A stretch of DNA of 64,000 nucleotides from an uncultured Pelagibacteraceae bacterium. GTDB taxonomy: Bacteria > Pseudomonadota > Alphaproteobacteria > Pelagibacterales > Pelagibacteraceae. The stretch covers positions 11,879 through 75,878 of the forward strand of contig CACIOP010000004.1 of NCBI GenBank assembly GCA_902588315.1, given 5' to 3'. Both the position numbers and the translations under genes were made by a program. The number at the start of each line of letters is the position of its first letter. Position 1 is the first letter of the stretch. Shown piece by piece: positions 49,088 through 59,063 of the stretch. A model generated the notes under the pieces. That model was not told the DNA's origin. It ran no database searches and worked only from the letters and a program-made list of their open reading frames with translations.

Positions 49088-50743
49088 GTGTCAAAAAATA
49101 TAAGTAATTTATCAGGAAGAATAGGCTTAAAAGACAACCTATTTAAGCAAATCTCAGAAAATACCTTAAGCGATAATCCACAAGATATTAAAGAAATTGC
49201 CAAAAAACATAACCTAGGTGTTTCAACTCTTCATGGTGCAGAATCCTTTTATGAGTTTTTAAGACCCTCTCATAGAGAAAAGAAAGCTTTTGTTTGTAAC
49301 GGTAGTGCATGCATGTGCGCAGGTACTCAAGACAAATTAAAAGATAAATTAAAAGAAAAACTAGGTGATGACAAAGTTGGAGAAATGTTCTGCTTAGGTC
49401 ATTGTTATGAAAACCATGCTTTCCATTATGATGGAGAAAATTATGCTGGTAAAGATATAGAAAAAATTGACCAAATAATTAAAGGTGAGGAAATTAAGCA
49501 AGAAAAATTTTTCTCAAAAAGTTTTGCTACAACAAGTTTTTTAATGGATGACAAATTATCATCAACAGATCAATTCAAAGAGCAATTAAGTAAATTTATA
49601 AAAACAGATAAAAAAGAAATAATAAAATCATTATTAGATTCAAATTTAACAGGAAGAGGTGGTGCAGGTTTTCCAACAGGAATGAAATGGGATTTCTGTA
49701 GCAAAGCAAAAGGAGATAAAAAATATGTTATCTGTAATGCGGATGAGGGTGACTCTGGAGCTTTCTCAGACAGATACTTATTAGAGGACCAACCTTTAAA
49801 AGTTATTTTTGGAATGGTAATTTGTGGTTATGTGATAGGAAGCAATGAAGGAGTTTTATACATTAGAGGTGAATATCCTAAATCTATTGAAGCAATTAAT
49901 GGCTGCATCAATGAACTTAAAAAAATAAATTTACTAGGTGAAAATATTTTAGGAACTGATTTTTCTTTTGATCTTGGAATTTGTATAGGACAAGGTGCTT
50001 ATATTTGTGGAGAAGAAACAGCTTTGATTGCATCTATTGAAGGAAGAAGAGCAGAAGTTGATGTTAGACCTCCGTTTCCTGTAACAGAAGGGTTATATAA
50101 AAAACCAACTGTGGTTAATAATGTTGAAACATTGGCTGCTGCAACTGGAATTTTATTAAATGGATCAGAAAAATTTTCTTCAGTTGGAAATAAAAAATCA
50201 GCTGGAACAAAATTAGTTTGTTTAGATAGTTTCTTTAACAACCCAGGCGTTTATGAAATTGATATGGGTACACCAATGAAAAAAATATTTAATGAAATTG
50301 GTGGTGGATATAAAGAGCCTGTTAAAGCTTTTCAAATAGGAGGCCCATTAGGTGGGGTTGTTCCTTTAAGTGAAATAGAAAATTTAAATTTAGATTTTCA
50401 AGAGTTCACAGCAAAAGGTTTTATGTTAGGTCACGCAAGTGTAGTTAGTATTCCAAAAGATTTTCCAATGGCTGAATATATTCATCACTTGTTTGAATTC
50501 TCAGCTGAAGAATCATGTGGGAAATGTTTCCCAGGAAGACTTGGATCTTACAGAGGTAAGGAGATGTTTGATCAAGCTAAGAAGAAAACAGCTAAAATTC
50601 CTTTAAAATTACTAGAAGAATTGTTGGTTACAATGCAAAAAGGATGCTTATGTGCTCTTTGTGGAGCAATCCCAACTCCAATTCAGAACATTCTAAAATA
50701 CTTTGGTGATGAAATGAAAAATGATATGGTGAAAGATAATTAA
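49088..50743 (+). CDS. NAD-dependent formate dehydrogenase diaphorase subunit (NuoE-like + NuoF-like fusion, FdsG/FdsB type)
   Basis: N-terminal SFY..VCNGSAC..CLGHC; GRGGAGFPTG, NADEGDSG, GAYICGEETAL, NNVET, ESCGKC; GTG start. Confidence 0.9.
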   Translation: MSKNISNLSGRIGLKDNLFKQISENTLSDNPQDIKEIAKKHNLGVSTLHGAESFYEFLRPSHREKKAFVCNGSACMCAGTQDKLKDKLKEKLGDDKVGEMFCLGHCYENHAFHYDGENYAGKDIEKIDQIIKGEEIKQEKFFSKSFATTSFLMDDKLSSTDQFKEQLSKFIKTDKKEIIKSLLDSNLTGRGGAGFPTGMKWDFCSKAKGDKKYVICNADEGDSGAFSDRYLLEDQPLKVIFGMVICGYVIGSNEGVLYIRGEYPKSIEAINGCINELKKINLLGENILGTDFSFDLGICIGQGAYICGEETALIASIEGRRAEVDVRPPFPVTEGLYKKPTVVNNVETLAAATGILLNGSEKFSSVGNKKSAGTKLVCLDSFFNNPGVYEIDMGTPMKKIFNEIGGGYKEPVKAFQIGGPLGGVVPLSEIENLNLDFQEFTAKGFMLGHASVVSIPKDFPMAEYIHHLFEFSAEESCGKCFPGRLGSYRGKEMFDQAKKKTAKIPLKLLEELLVTMQKGCLCALCGAIPTPIQNILKYFGDEMKNDMVKDN

Positions 50744-53511
50744 TGAGCTCAGAAAAAAGAAAAATTGCTTATATTGATGGAAAACCATACGAAATTGGTC
50801 CTAAACACACATCTATTTTAAAATTTGTAAAAAGCTATGTAGGTGAAAAAAAAGTACCTACTTTATGTGATGATCCTAACCTAGCTCCTTATGGTGCTTG
50901 CAGAGTTTGCTCGGTAGAAGTTGCTTTAGAAAAAGATGGTCCAACAAGAGTGGTTGCATCTTGTCATACTCCGGTTGCTGAAAACCAACATATCTTTACT
51001 TCAAATGAAACTTTAACAAATCTAAGAAAAAATATTGTTGAATTAGTTTTAACAGACCATTCAATGGAATGTGATACTTGTGAGGTAAATAATAATTGTG
51101 AATTACAAACAGTAGCAAACGATTTAGGAGTTGCTGATCACAGATACAACAGTCCTAAACAGCATAAAGGTATACCAAGAGATACTTCTCACGATTACAT
51201 GAGAATGAATTTAGACAATTGTATTAATTGTGGAAGATGTGTCAGAGCTTGTGATGAAATTCAAGGATCATTTGTACTAACGATGAGCGGAAGAGGTTTT
51301 GAATCTAGAATAACAACTGATAATGATATGATGTTTGGAGATAGTTCATGTGTATCTTGTGGAGCATGTGCACATACATGTCCAACGGATGCAATTTCAG
51401 ATGTTTTCCAATCTAAATCTGCAGCTGTAGATAAAAAAGTTAGAACAACTTGTTCATACTGTGGTGTTGGATGTAATTTAGAAGCATCAATAAAAGATGA
51501 TAAAGTTGTTGCAATAGATACTCCAAAGCAAACAGAGGTAAACGCTGGTCATACATGTATTAAAGGAAGATATGCATTTAGTTTTTATGACCATCCAGAC
51601 AGATTAAAAACACCTTTAATTAAAAAAAATGGAAAGTTTGAAGAAGCTTCTTGGGATGAAGCTTATGATTTTATTAAAAAAGAAATGAACAGAATTACAA
51701 AAGATAACGGTCCAGATGCCTTTGCTGGAATTTCTTCTGCAAGATGTACGAATGAAGAAAATTATGTTTTTCAAAAAATGATTAGAGCGGCTGTGGGAAC
51801 TAACAGTGTAGATTGTTGTGCAAGAATTTGTCATTCACCAACAGCTTGGGGAATGCAACAAACTTTTGGGACTGGAGCAGCAACTAACTCTACAGAAGAT
51901 ATCTATCATGCAGATTTATTTTTGGTAATTGGAGCTAATCCAACAAATGCTCATCCTGTAACAGGTGCAAAAATAAAACAGCAAGTTATGAAAGGTAAAA
52001 AATTAATTGTACTTGATCCAGTCACAACTGAACTTGCAAAACTTGCTGATTATCATATTAAACTAAGACCAGGAACTAATGTTGCAGTTCTAAATATGAT
52101 GTTGCACTTTATTATCAAATCAAAACTTTATAATGCAGATTTTGTAAGAGATAGAACTGAAGGTTTTGATAATTTCTTAAAAGAAATTGAAAGACAAGAT
52201 GTAGATCACTTAGCAAAAATAGCTGGCGTAGATAAACAATTAGTTAAAGAAGCAGCAATTGCATATGCTACTGCAAGAAATTCAATGGAGTTCCATGGTT
52301 TAGGAGTTACTGAACACGAACAGGGATCTAAAACAGTAATGTTAATTGCAGATCTAGCAATGATCACTGGAAACATTGGACGAAAAGGTGTCGGAGTTAA
52401 TCCTTTAAGAGGTCAAAACAATGTTCAAGGTGCAGCGGATATGGGATGTCAACCACACCAAGGTGCCGGATATTTTCCTGTAGCTGATGAAAAGCATCAA
52501 GAATTCTACACAGAAAAATACGGAGTAACGCACCCAACTAAGCCAGGATTAAAAATTCCTCAAATGTTTGAAGCTGCAATAAACAAGGAATTAAAAGGTT
52601 TATGGATCATTGGAGAAGATATTGTTCAAACAGATCCTAATAGCGCACATGTTATTGAGGCTATGAACTCTTTAGAACTTTTAGTTGTTCAAGAAATATT
52701 TATGAGTGAAACAGCAAAATTAGCAACTGTTGTTCTTCCAGGTACAACGTTCTTAGAAAAAGATGGAACTTTTACGAACACTGAGAGAAGAATTCAAAGA
52801 GTGAACAGAGCTGTAACTCCTTTACCAGGCACTAAACCTGATGGATTAATTGTAACTGAGATGATGCAAAAATTAGGATTTGATCAGCCAACTTATGATG
52901 CAGATCAAGTTCTAGCAGAAATTGCTGATATCGTTCCTTTCTTTAAAGGAGTTACTAGAGAGAGACTCGGAAAATTTGGATTACAGTGGCCAGTCCAAGA
53001 AGATGGAACCGATACAAAAATTTTACATACAGAAACATTTAAACTAGGTAAAGGCCGATTAAAAAACTTTGATTGGAAAGAATCATCAGAAATAGAAGCT
53101 AATCAAAAAGACTACCCTTTGATTTTAACAACTAGTAGAGTTTTACAACATTACAACGCAGCAACAATGACTAGAAGAACAAAAAATATAAATATTGTTG
53201 ATGAAGATGTTTTGTTAATTCATCCTAAAGATGCAGCTCATAGAGATCTAAATACTGGTGATATTGGAAGACTTTATTCAGGTAGAGGTGAGGTTGCTCT
53301 TAAAGTTGAGGTTACAGATAAAGTTAAAGAAGGAATTGTGTTTACTACGTTCCATTTCCCAGAGCATATGGTTAATATGGTAACAGGTCATGGTAAAGAT
53401 GAAGAAACAATGTGTGCTGAATACAAAGTATCTTCTGTTGAAGTACAAAAAATCTCCAATCAATTTAAAACAGAAGTTAAACCAAAAGAAAATCAAGCTG
53501 AAGTTGGTTAA
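50743..53511 (+). CDS. fdhF: Formate dehydrogenase alpha subunit (Mo/W-bisPGD, Cys ligand)
   Basis: 2Fe-2S and 4Fe-4S motifs (GACRVC, HxxxCxxC, CINCGRC, CVSCGAC, CSYCGVGC); active site RICHSPT; LRGQNNVQG. Confidence 0.95.
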   Translation: MSSEKRKIAYIDGKPYEIGPKHTSILKFVKSYVGEKKVPTLCDDPNLAPYGACRVCSVEVALEKDGPTRVVASCHTPVAENQHIFTSNETLTNLRKNIVELVLTDHSMECDTCEVNNNCELQTVANDLGVADHRYNSPKQHKGIPRDTSHDYMRMNLDNCINCGRCVRACDEIQGSFVLTMSGRGFESRITTDNDMMFGDSSCVSCGACAHTCPTDAISDVFQSKSAAVDKKVRTTCSYCGVGCNLEASIKDDKVVAIDTPKQTEVNAGHTCIKGRYAFSFYDHPDRLKTPLIKKNGKFEEASWDEAYDFIKKEMNRITKDNGPDAFAGISSARCTNEENYVFQKMIRAAVGTNSVDCCARICHSPTAWGMQQTFGTGAATNSTEDIYHADLFLVIGANPTNAHPVTGAKIKQQVMKGKKLIVLDPVTTELAKLADYHIKLRPGTNVAVLNMMLHFIIKSKLYNADFVRDRTEGFDNFLKEIERQDVDHLAKIAGVDKQLVKEAAIAYATARNSMEFHGLGVTEHEQGSKTVMLIADLAMITGNIGRKGVGVNPLRGQNNVQGAADMGCQPHQGAGYFPVADEKHQEFYTEKYGVTHPTKPGLKIPQMFEAAINKELKGLWIIGEDIVQTDPNSAHVIEAMNSLELLVVQEIFMSETAKLATVVLPGTTFLEKDGTFTNTERRIQRVNRAVTPLPGTKPDGLIVTEMMQKLGFDQPTYDADQVLAEIADIVPFFKGVTRERLGKFGLQWPVQEDGTDTKILHTETFKLGKGRLKNFDWKESSEIEANQKDYPLILTTSRVLQHYNAATMTRRTKNINIVDEDVLLIHPKDAAHRDLNTGDIGRLYSGRGEVALKVEVTDKVKEGIVFTTFHFPEHMVNMVTGHGKDEETMCAEYKVSSVEVQKISNQFKTEVKPKENQAEVG

Positions 53512-53516
53512 TTAAA

Positions 53517-54962
53517 ATGACCATTGGTTGGCATTTTGATAATACTTATTCAAAGTTATCAGATACTTTTAAAGAAAATATTAAACCAACTCCTGTTCAT
53601 GATCCAGAATTAGTAATTTTAAACGAGGAACTAGCTTCTACTTTAAATTTAGATTTTACAAAAACAGACAAAAAAAAATTAGCAGAAATATTTTCTGGAA
53701 ACTCTATACCAGAAGAAACTAATACCATTGCGCAAGCATATGCGGGTCATCAATTTGGACACTTTACAATGTTAGGAGATGGTAGAGCAGTTTTATTAGG
53801 TGAGCATTTAGTTAAAAATGATAATCGTTTTGACATTCAGTTTAAAGGTTCAGGAAGAACTTCTTTTTCTAGAGGTGGTGATGGAAGAGCAGCACTAGGA
53901 CCTATGCTTAGAGAATATATTATCAGTGAAGCGATACATTCATTAAATATTCCAACCACTAGAAGTCTTGCTGTAGTCAAAACAGGAGAGAAAGTTGTAA
54001 GAGAAAATCTTTTACAGGGCGCTATATTAACAAGAGTTGCATCAAGTCACCTTCGGGTTGGAACATTTCAATACATAGCTGCAACTCAAAATATTGAAAA
54101 TTTAAATACTTTAGTCGACTACACAATAAAGAGACATTATCCAGAAATTAAAACATCAAATTCAAAAGCATTAGACTTGTTAAATCTTGTAATGGAAAAG
54201 CAATGCCAGCTAGTAATCAATTGGATGCGAGTTGGATTCGTTCATGGGGTTATGAATACTGATAATATGACAATTTCAGGTGAAACCATTGATTATGGTC
54301 CTTGCGCATTTATGGATCATTATGATCCAAAAACTGTCTTTAGCTCAATCGATAAATTTGGAAGATATGCCTTTTCTAATCAACCACCAATTACAAAGTG
54401 GAATTTAGCAAGATTTGCAGAATGTTTAATCCCTCTAATTCATAAAAATGAAGAAACTGCAATTAAATTAGCAACAGATTTAATAGATAATTTCCAAAAT
54501 ATTTATGAAAATAAATGGTTAAATATGATGAGAGATAAACTAGGTCTATTTGGTGAGGATAAAAATGATAAAAAATTAATTAATGATTTGTTTAATTGGA
54601 TGGAAAAAAATAAAGCAGATTACACAAATACTTTTTGTAATCTAATGGATATCAACTCTGATGAAATTTACAAAAATAATGATTTTATCAATTGGAAAAA
54701 TGAATGGAAAAAAAGATCTGAGTTAAATAATTCAACTAAGAAAAAACAAAGCAAACTTATGAAATCAAATAATCCAATTGTAATTCCTAGAAATCATAAA
54801 GTAGAGAAAGCTTTAGCTGAAGCAGACAAAGGAAGTCTAGATGAAATGAAAAAGTTATTAGCTATTTTAAAAAATCCTTATGACAATCAGAATAATATTA
54901 AAGAATATCAAGCGCCTGCTCCATCGAACAATGAAAAATATCAAACTTTTTGTGGAACTTAA
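53517..54962 (+). CDS. selO: Protein adenylyltransferase SelO/YdiU
   Basis: YAGHQFG, LGDGRA, KGSG.T..SR.GDGRA, GFVHGVMNTDN, DYGP, C-terminal TFCGT. Confidence 0.94.
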   Translation: MTIGWHFDNTYSKLSDTFKENIKPTPVHDPELVILNEELASTLNLDFTKTDKKKLAEIFSGNSIPEETNTIAQAYAGHQFGHFTMLGDGRAVLLGEHLVKNDNRFDIQFKGSGRTSFSRGGDGRAALGPMLREYIISEAIHSLNIPTTRSLAVVKTGEKVVRENLLQGAILTRVASSHLRVGTFQYIAATQNIENLNTLVDYTIKRHYPEIKTSNSKALDLLNLVMEKQCQLVINWMRVGFVHGVMNTDNMTISGETIDYGPCAFMDHYDPKTVFSSIDKFGRYAFSNQPPITKWNLARFAECLIPLIHKNEETAIKLATDLIDNFQNIYENKWLNMMRDKLGLFGEDKNDKKLINDLFNWMEKNKADYTNTFCNLMDINSDEIYKNNDFINWKNEWKKRSELNNSTKKKQSKLMKSNNPIVIPRNHKVEKALAEADKGSLDEMKKLLAILKNPYDNQNNIKEYQAPAPSNNEKYQTFCGT

Positions 54963-54963
54963 T

Positions 54964-56067
54964 TTATAGAACGTAGGGCTCTGGCCTAGCTGTTTTACCC
55001 AAAACTCTCTCTACTGCAAAATCACTTATATCAATTGTTTGGTATGATCCTGTTGTGATTAACTCAGTTAAGGCTCTCCCGATACCTGGTGCCTGCATTA
55101 ATCCCCGGCCTGTAAATCCAGAAGCCATGTAAACATTATCATATTTTGGATGCTTACCAACAACTGCATTATTGTCTAATCTATTACAATCATAGTAACC
55201 TGCCCATCCACCAGTTAACTTCAATTCTTCAAAGGCAGGTATTCTCTTTGCAAGAGCTGGCCAAACTAATTCCTCAAAATCATTCCAAGCTGGTTCCAAA
55301 TTATCTGCATCAAATACAGAAATAGGTGATCCTGCTAAATATTCCCCTCCTTCTGGTCTCCAATAAACACCAGTTGTTAAGTCTCCACTTAGTGGCATCT
55401 CTTTTATATATGTTGGACATTTTACTCTAAACACAGTGTGCTTTTGAGGAACAACAGGAATATCTTCTAACAACTCTTTTGTCCAACAACCAGCTGCAGA
55501 AACTATTGTTTTAGCATTTATTTCAGAAATACTTTTAACTTCACCTTTAATAAATTCTGCTCCAAGCTCTATTGCTTTACTTTTAAGAGCGCTATGAAAC
55601 ATAAATGGATCAATCCATCCTTCACTTTGATTATCCGTATAAGTTACTGTCTCTATCCCTTCGCTATTCACATAAGGGAAAACCTTAGATAATTCTGACC
55701 CTTTAATATTTTTTGTTCCTGCATCACATTCTTTATGATTTTCTAATGCTCTATATTGTTCTTGAGCATGTTCAGGACCAAACATTAATAGATATCCATT
55801 GGTTACCATACTAGCTGTTGGGTTAGGATTTTTTTCTGTTTTTAATAATTCTGGTATTTGGAAAATAAATTCTCTTGCAAATTTTCCTAATAAAATATTT
55901 TCTTTTTGGAAAAATTGCCTTCTAAAACCACCTAGAGATAATGGGAATGAAGCTGTTTTATAAGTAGGATCTCTTTCAATAACTTTAACTTTTCTTCCCT
56001 CTTTGGATAAAAAATAAGCAGTTGCCGCCCCTATTATCCCACCACCAATTACTACAACATCATCCAT
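54964..56067 (-). CDS. FAD-dependent oxidoreductase (DAO/sarcosine oxidase/FOXRED1-like)
   Basis: VIGGGIIG, ERDPTY, GGFRRQF, EGWIDP, WAGYYD, GFTGRGLMQAPGIG. Confidence 0.88.
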   Translation of the reverse strand: MDDVVVIGGGIIGAATAYFLSKEGRKVKVIERDPTYKTASFPLSLGGFRRQFFQKENILLGKFAREFIFQIPELLKTEKNPNPTASMVTNGYLLMFGPEHAQEQYRALENHKECDAGTKNIKGSELSKVFPYVNSEGIETVTYTDNQSEGWIDPFMFHSALKSKAIELGAEFIKGEVKSISEINAKTIVSAAGCWTKELLEDIPVVPQKHTVFRVKCPTYIKEMPLSGDLTTGVYWRPEGGEYLAGSPISVFDADNLEPAWNDFEELVWPALAKRIPAFEELKLTGGWAGYYDCNRLDNNAVVGKHPKYDNVYMASGFTGRGLMQAPGIGRALTELITTGSYQTIDISDFAVERVLGKTARPEPYVL

Positions 56068-56069
56068 AT

Positions 56070-56552
56070 CTAATTTAACAAAATTAAGCTTGTATTCAGA
56101 ATTAGTGCAAAGCTACACCAAAGTAAATATGGAATCATTAGATAAGCGCTCAACATCTTGACGCGTTTAAACCTTAAAATAAGATTAATTATCAATGCTA
56201 TTAGTATGATTAATATTAAAAGAGCCAAAACCATATTGTGAAAAACAAAAAAAACTACACTCCAAGTTGTATTGAATACTAAATGGATAAAATAAATATA
56301 AACAGTATTAATATCTCTATCTTTTGTATGCCAGTAAAGCCATATTGAAATTGTCATCAATGTATACAAGGTGGTCCAAACAGGTCCGAATATCCAATCT
56401 GGTGGATTAAATGATGGTTTATTTAGTAATGAGTACCATGGTTCTTTAAATGTAACGGTAGCTAAACCGCCAATTAATGAAGCAGAGAATGTAATAGCAA
56501 GAAACAATATAAATGTTAAAGATTTATTTTTAAACATGTTAGATATAAACAT
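56070..56552 (-). CDS. tspO: Tryptophan-rich sensory protein TspO/MBR
   Basis: WY..LNKPSFNPPDWIFGPVWTTLY, WS..FF, PYLLW..FA..LN. Confidence 0.94.
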   Translation of the reverse strand: MFISNMFKNKSLTFILFLAITFSASLIGGLATVTFKEPWYSLLNKPSFNPPDWIFGPVWTTLYTLMTISIWLYWHTKDRDINTVYIYFIHLVFNTTWSVVFFVFHNMVLALLILIILIALIINLILRFKRVKMLSAYLMIPYLLWCSFALILNTSLILLN

Positions 56553-56560
56553 AACAAAAA

Positions 56561-57319
56561 ATGACTAAAAAAACTATTTGGATTACTGGCGGTAGTACTG
56601 GTATTGGAAAAGCTTTAGCAATTAAATTTGCAAGTAAGGGATGGAACGTTGCTATATCTGCAAGAAGAGTTGAATTACTAAATGAGATTTCAAATTCTTA
56701 TGAAAATATTGCAGGTTTTCCTTTAGATGTAACAGATAAAGAAAAATGCAAAGAAGTATTTAATGATATTAAAAACAAATATGAAAATATAGATATTTGT
56801 TTTTTTTCAACTGGAACATGGGATCCCAAAAAAGAAAAAAATATAGATGTCGAACAAATGGAAGATGTCTTTAGAGTAAATTTTTTTGGAACCGTGAATA
56901 GCATCAAAGCAGTTGAACAATACTTTAGAGATAAAAAAAACGGTATAATTACTATTGTTTCGTCAATTGCAGGATATAGGGGATTACCTAATTCAACTGG
57001 CTATGGACCATCTAAATCTGCATTAAATAACTTAGCTGAAAGTTTGTACTTTGATTTTAAAAGATATAACGTACGTGTTTGTTTAGTATCTCCTGGATTT
57101 ATCAAAACACCAATGACAGATAAAAATGACTTTAAAATGCCTTTTTTAAAAACTCCCGAGTATGCTGCAGATCAAATTTATGAAGGTTTAGTAAACAAAA
57201 ATACATTTGAAATACATTTTCCAAAATCACTTACAATAACGTTAAAGCTGCTTAGTTTTTTACCAAGTAAAATTTATTTTGGATTAGTTGGAAAGCTCAC
57301 AAAATATCAAAAAAAATAG
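56561..57319 (+). CDS. Short-chain dehydrogenase/reductase
   Basis: TGGSTGIG, GYRGLP..YGPSK, PGFIKTPMTDKNDFKMPF. Confidence 0.92.
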   Translation: MTKKTIWITGGSTGIGKALAIKFASKGWNVAISARRVELLNEISNSYENIAGFPLDVTDKEKCKEVFNDIKNKYENIDICFFSTGTWDPKKEKNIDVEQMEDVFRVNFFGTVNSIKAVEQYFRDKKNGIITIVSSIAGYRGLPNSTGYGPSKSALNNLAESLYFDFKRYNVRVCLVSPGFIKTPMTDKNDFKMPFLKTPEYAADQIYEGLVNKNTFEIHFPKSLTITLKLLSFLPSKIYFGLVGKLTKYQKK

Positions 57320-57880
57320 TTAATCTTTTACAAATACGACTGTTAATTCTGCTACTTTAAAACCAAACTTTGTCATAGTTGCTCTATTTATTGCAACTCT
57401 ATCATCTTGTTTAAAAATCCAATCATCAAAAGTGATTTTTATCTCTTTACCTTTGACTGGAACTAATAAAACATATTCAAATTTAAATGCAGGTCCATAA
57501 GAATAACCTTTCGCTTTACCAACAACATCACCTGCTGTACCTTCATAATTGTTTTCATCAATTTTATTAATTTTCCATTCTCGGTCTTGAACTTCACCAT
57601 CATCCCAATTAAATTTTTCTTTAAGAATTAACTGCTTTCCATCCCAAGTTCCATTTAAGTCTGCAGAAAATTGTCTTGTAACTTTTCCTGATCTATTTTG
57701 TAGAACACCCCAAGCCTTAACATTTCCAGATAAATATTCTTCAATGATTAATCTTGGTTCTTTATTTTTAAAATCTTCTGGTTTCATAGCGCTATTATTC
57801 GAGCAACTTGTAGTTAAGAATAATAAAATTATCAACGAAATTGGCTTAATAATTTTTATATGTCGCATAAATATCTCCAT
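57320..57880 (-). CDS. DUF3833 family lipoprotein
   Basis: Lipobox LTTSC; AWG..Q.RSG..RQF, E.F..DDGE...R.W, FDDW, KFGF. Confidence 0.85.
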   Translation of the reverse strand: MEIFMRHIKIIKPISLIILLFLTTSCSNNSAMKPEDFKNKEPRLIIEEYLSGNVKAWGVLQNRSGKVTRQFSADLNGTWDGKQLILKEKFNWDDGEVQDREWKINKIDENNYEGTAGDVVGKAKGYSYGPAFKFEYVLLVPVKGKEIKITFDDWIFKQDDRVAINRATMTKFGFKVAELTVVFVKD

Positions 57881-57884
57881 TATT

Positions 57885-59063
57885 TTATTTATTTTGCATT
57901 GAAAACTGAATTAGATCTATATTTTTTGACTTAAATCCAGCCTCACAATAAGAAAGGTAAAACTCCCACATTCTTTTAAATGTTAGATCAAAACCTTGAT
58001 TTTTTATTAAATCCCATTTTTTTAAAAACTCATTTCTCCATATAGCCAATGTATTTGCATAATGATCAGCATAAGAAATATATGAATTAACAGTTAAACC
58101 GTTGTCAGAAACATATCGATTAATGCTATTTTTATTTGGCAAAAAACCACCTGGAAAAATATATTTTTGAATAAAATCTTGTTTGTTTTTATATCTATCA
58201 AATAACCTATCATCTATAGTAATTGCTTGAATAGCTGCTTTGCCACCATCAGATAAGTTAGTTTTTATAGTTTTAAAATAACCTTCTAAATAATTTTGAC
58301 CAACTGCCTCAATCATCTCTATAGAAGCAATTGAATTGTATTTACCTTTAAGATCTCTGTAATCTTTTATTTCAATATTTACTTTTTCGTTTAAACCACA
58401 ATTAAAAATTCTTTCTTTTGCGTATTCAAATTGTTTTTTTGATATTGTAATACAGTCTAGTTTAACATCGTATTTTTTACCTAGATACTCAGCAAAACCT
58501 CCCCAACCACATCCTATTTCTAAAACTTTGTCGCCATTATTTGGGTTAATTAAATCAATTAATTTTTGATATTTGTTATTTTGAGCATCAGATAGATTTT
58601 TCGAGTCATCATCAAAAATAGCGCTAGAGTATGTAAGTGTGTCATCTAACCAAAGAGAAAAAAAATCATTACCTAGATCATAATGTTTAGCAATATTTTC
58701 TTTGCTTCTACTTTTTGTATTTTTGATTATTTTATTTTTTATAAAATTAATTATTGGAAAATCGAGAAGGCCTGAGAATTTATATATTACTTCTATATTT
58801 CTTGCAGTTAATTCAATTAAATTTGATAAGTTATTAGTTTCAAATTCACCTCTCATGTAGCTTTCAGCAAATCCAATACTGCCACCTCTAATTAAGTTAT
58901 AATTAAAATCTGGTTTTTTAATAGAAATATTTGCTTGTAATTTTTCATATGGATTTCCAAACTTTAAAACTTTTCCGTCATATGTAGTAAGCTCTAGATA
59001 ACCATGATTTATTTTATTAAGAAAATTAAATACTATTCTATCTGCGGCTTTATTTAAAAACAT
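57885..59063 (-). CDS. cfa: Cyclopropane-fatty-acyl-phospholipid synthase family SAM methyltransferase (CfaS/UfaM-like)
   Basis: HYDLGNDFF..WLD...YSSA, LEIGCGWGG, DYRD, SIEMIEAVG, YIFPGG, W.FYL.YCEAGF. Confidence 0.92.
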   Translation of the reverse strand: MFLNKAADRIVFNFLNKINHGYLELTTYDGKVLKFGNPYEKLQANISIKKPDFNYNLIRGGSIGFAESYMRGEFETNNLSNLIELTARNIEVIYKFSGLLDFPIINFIKNKIIKNTKSRSKENIAKHYDLGNDFFSLWLDDTLTYSSAIFDDDSKNLSDAQNNKYQKLIDLINPNNGDKVLEIGCGWGGFAEYLGKKYDVKLDCITISKKQFEYAKERIFNCGLNEKVNIEIKDYRDLKGKYNSIASIEMIEAVGQNYLEGYFKTIKTNLSDGGKAAIQAITIDDRLFDRYKNKQDFIQKYIFPGGFLPNKNSINRYVSDNGLTVNSYISYADHYANTLAIWRNEFLKKWDLIKNQGFDLTFKRMWEFYLSYCEAGFKSKNIDLIQFSMQNK

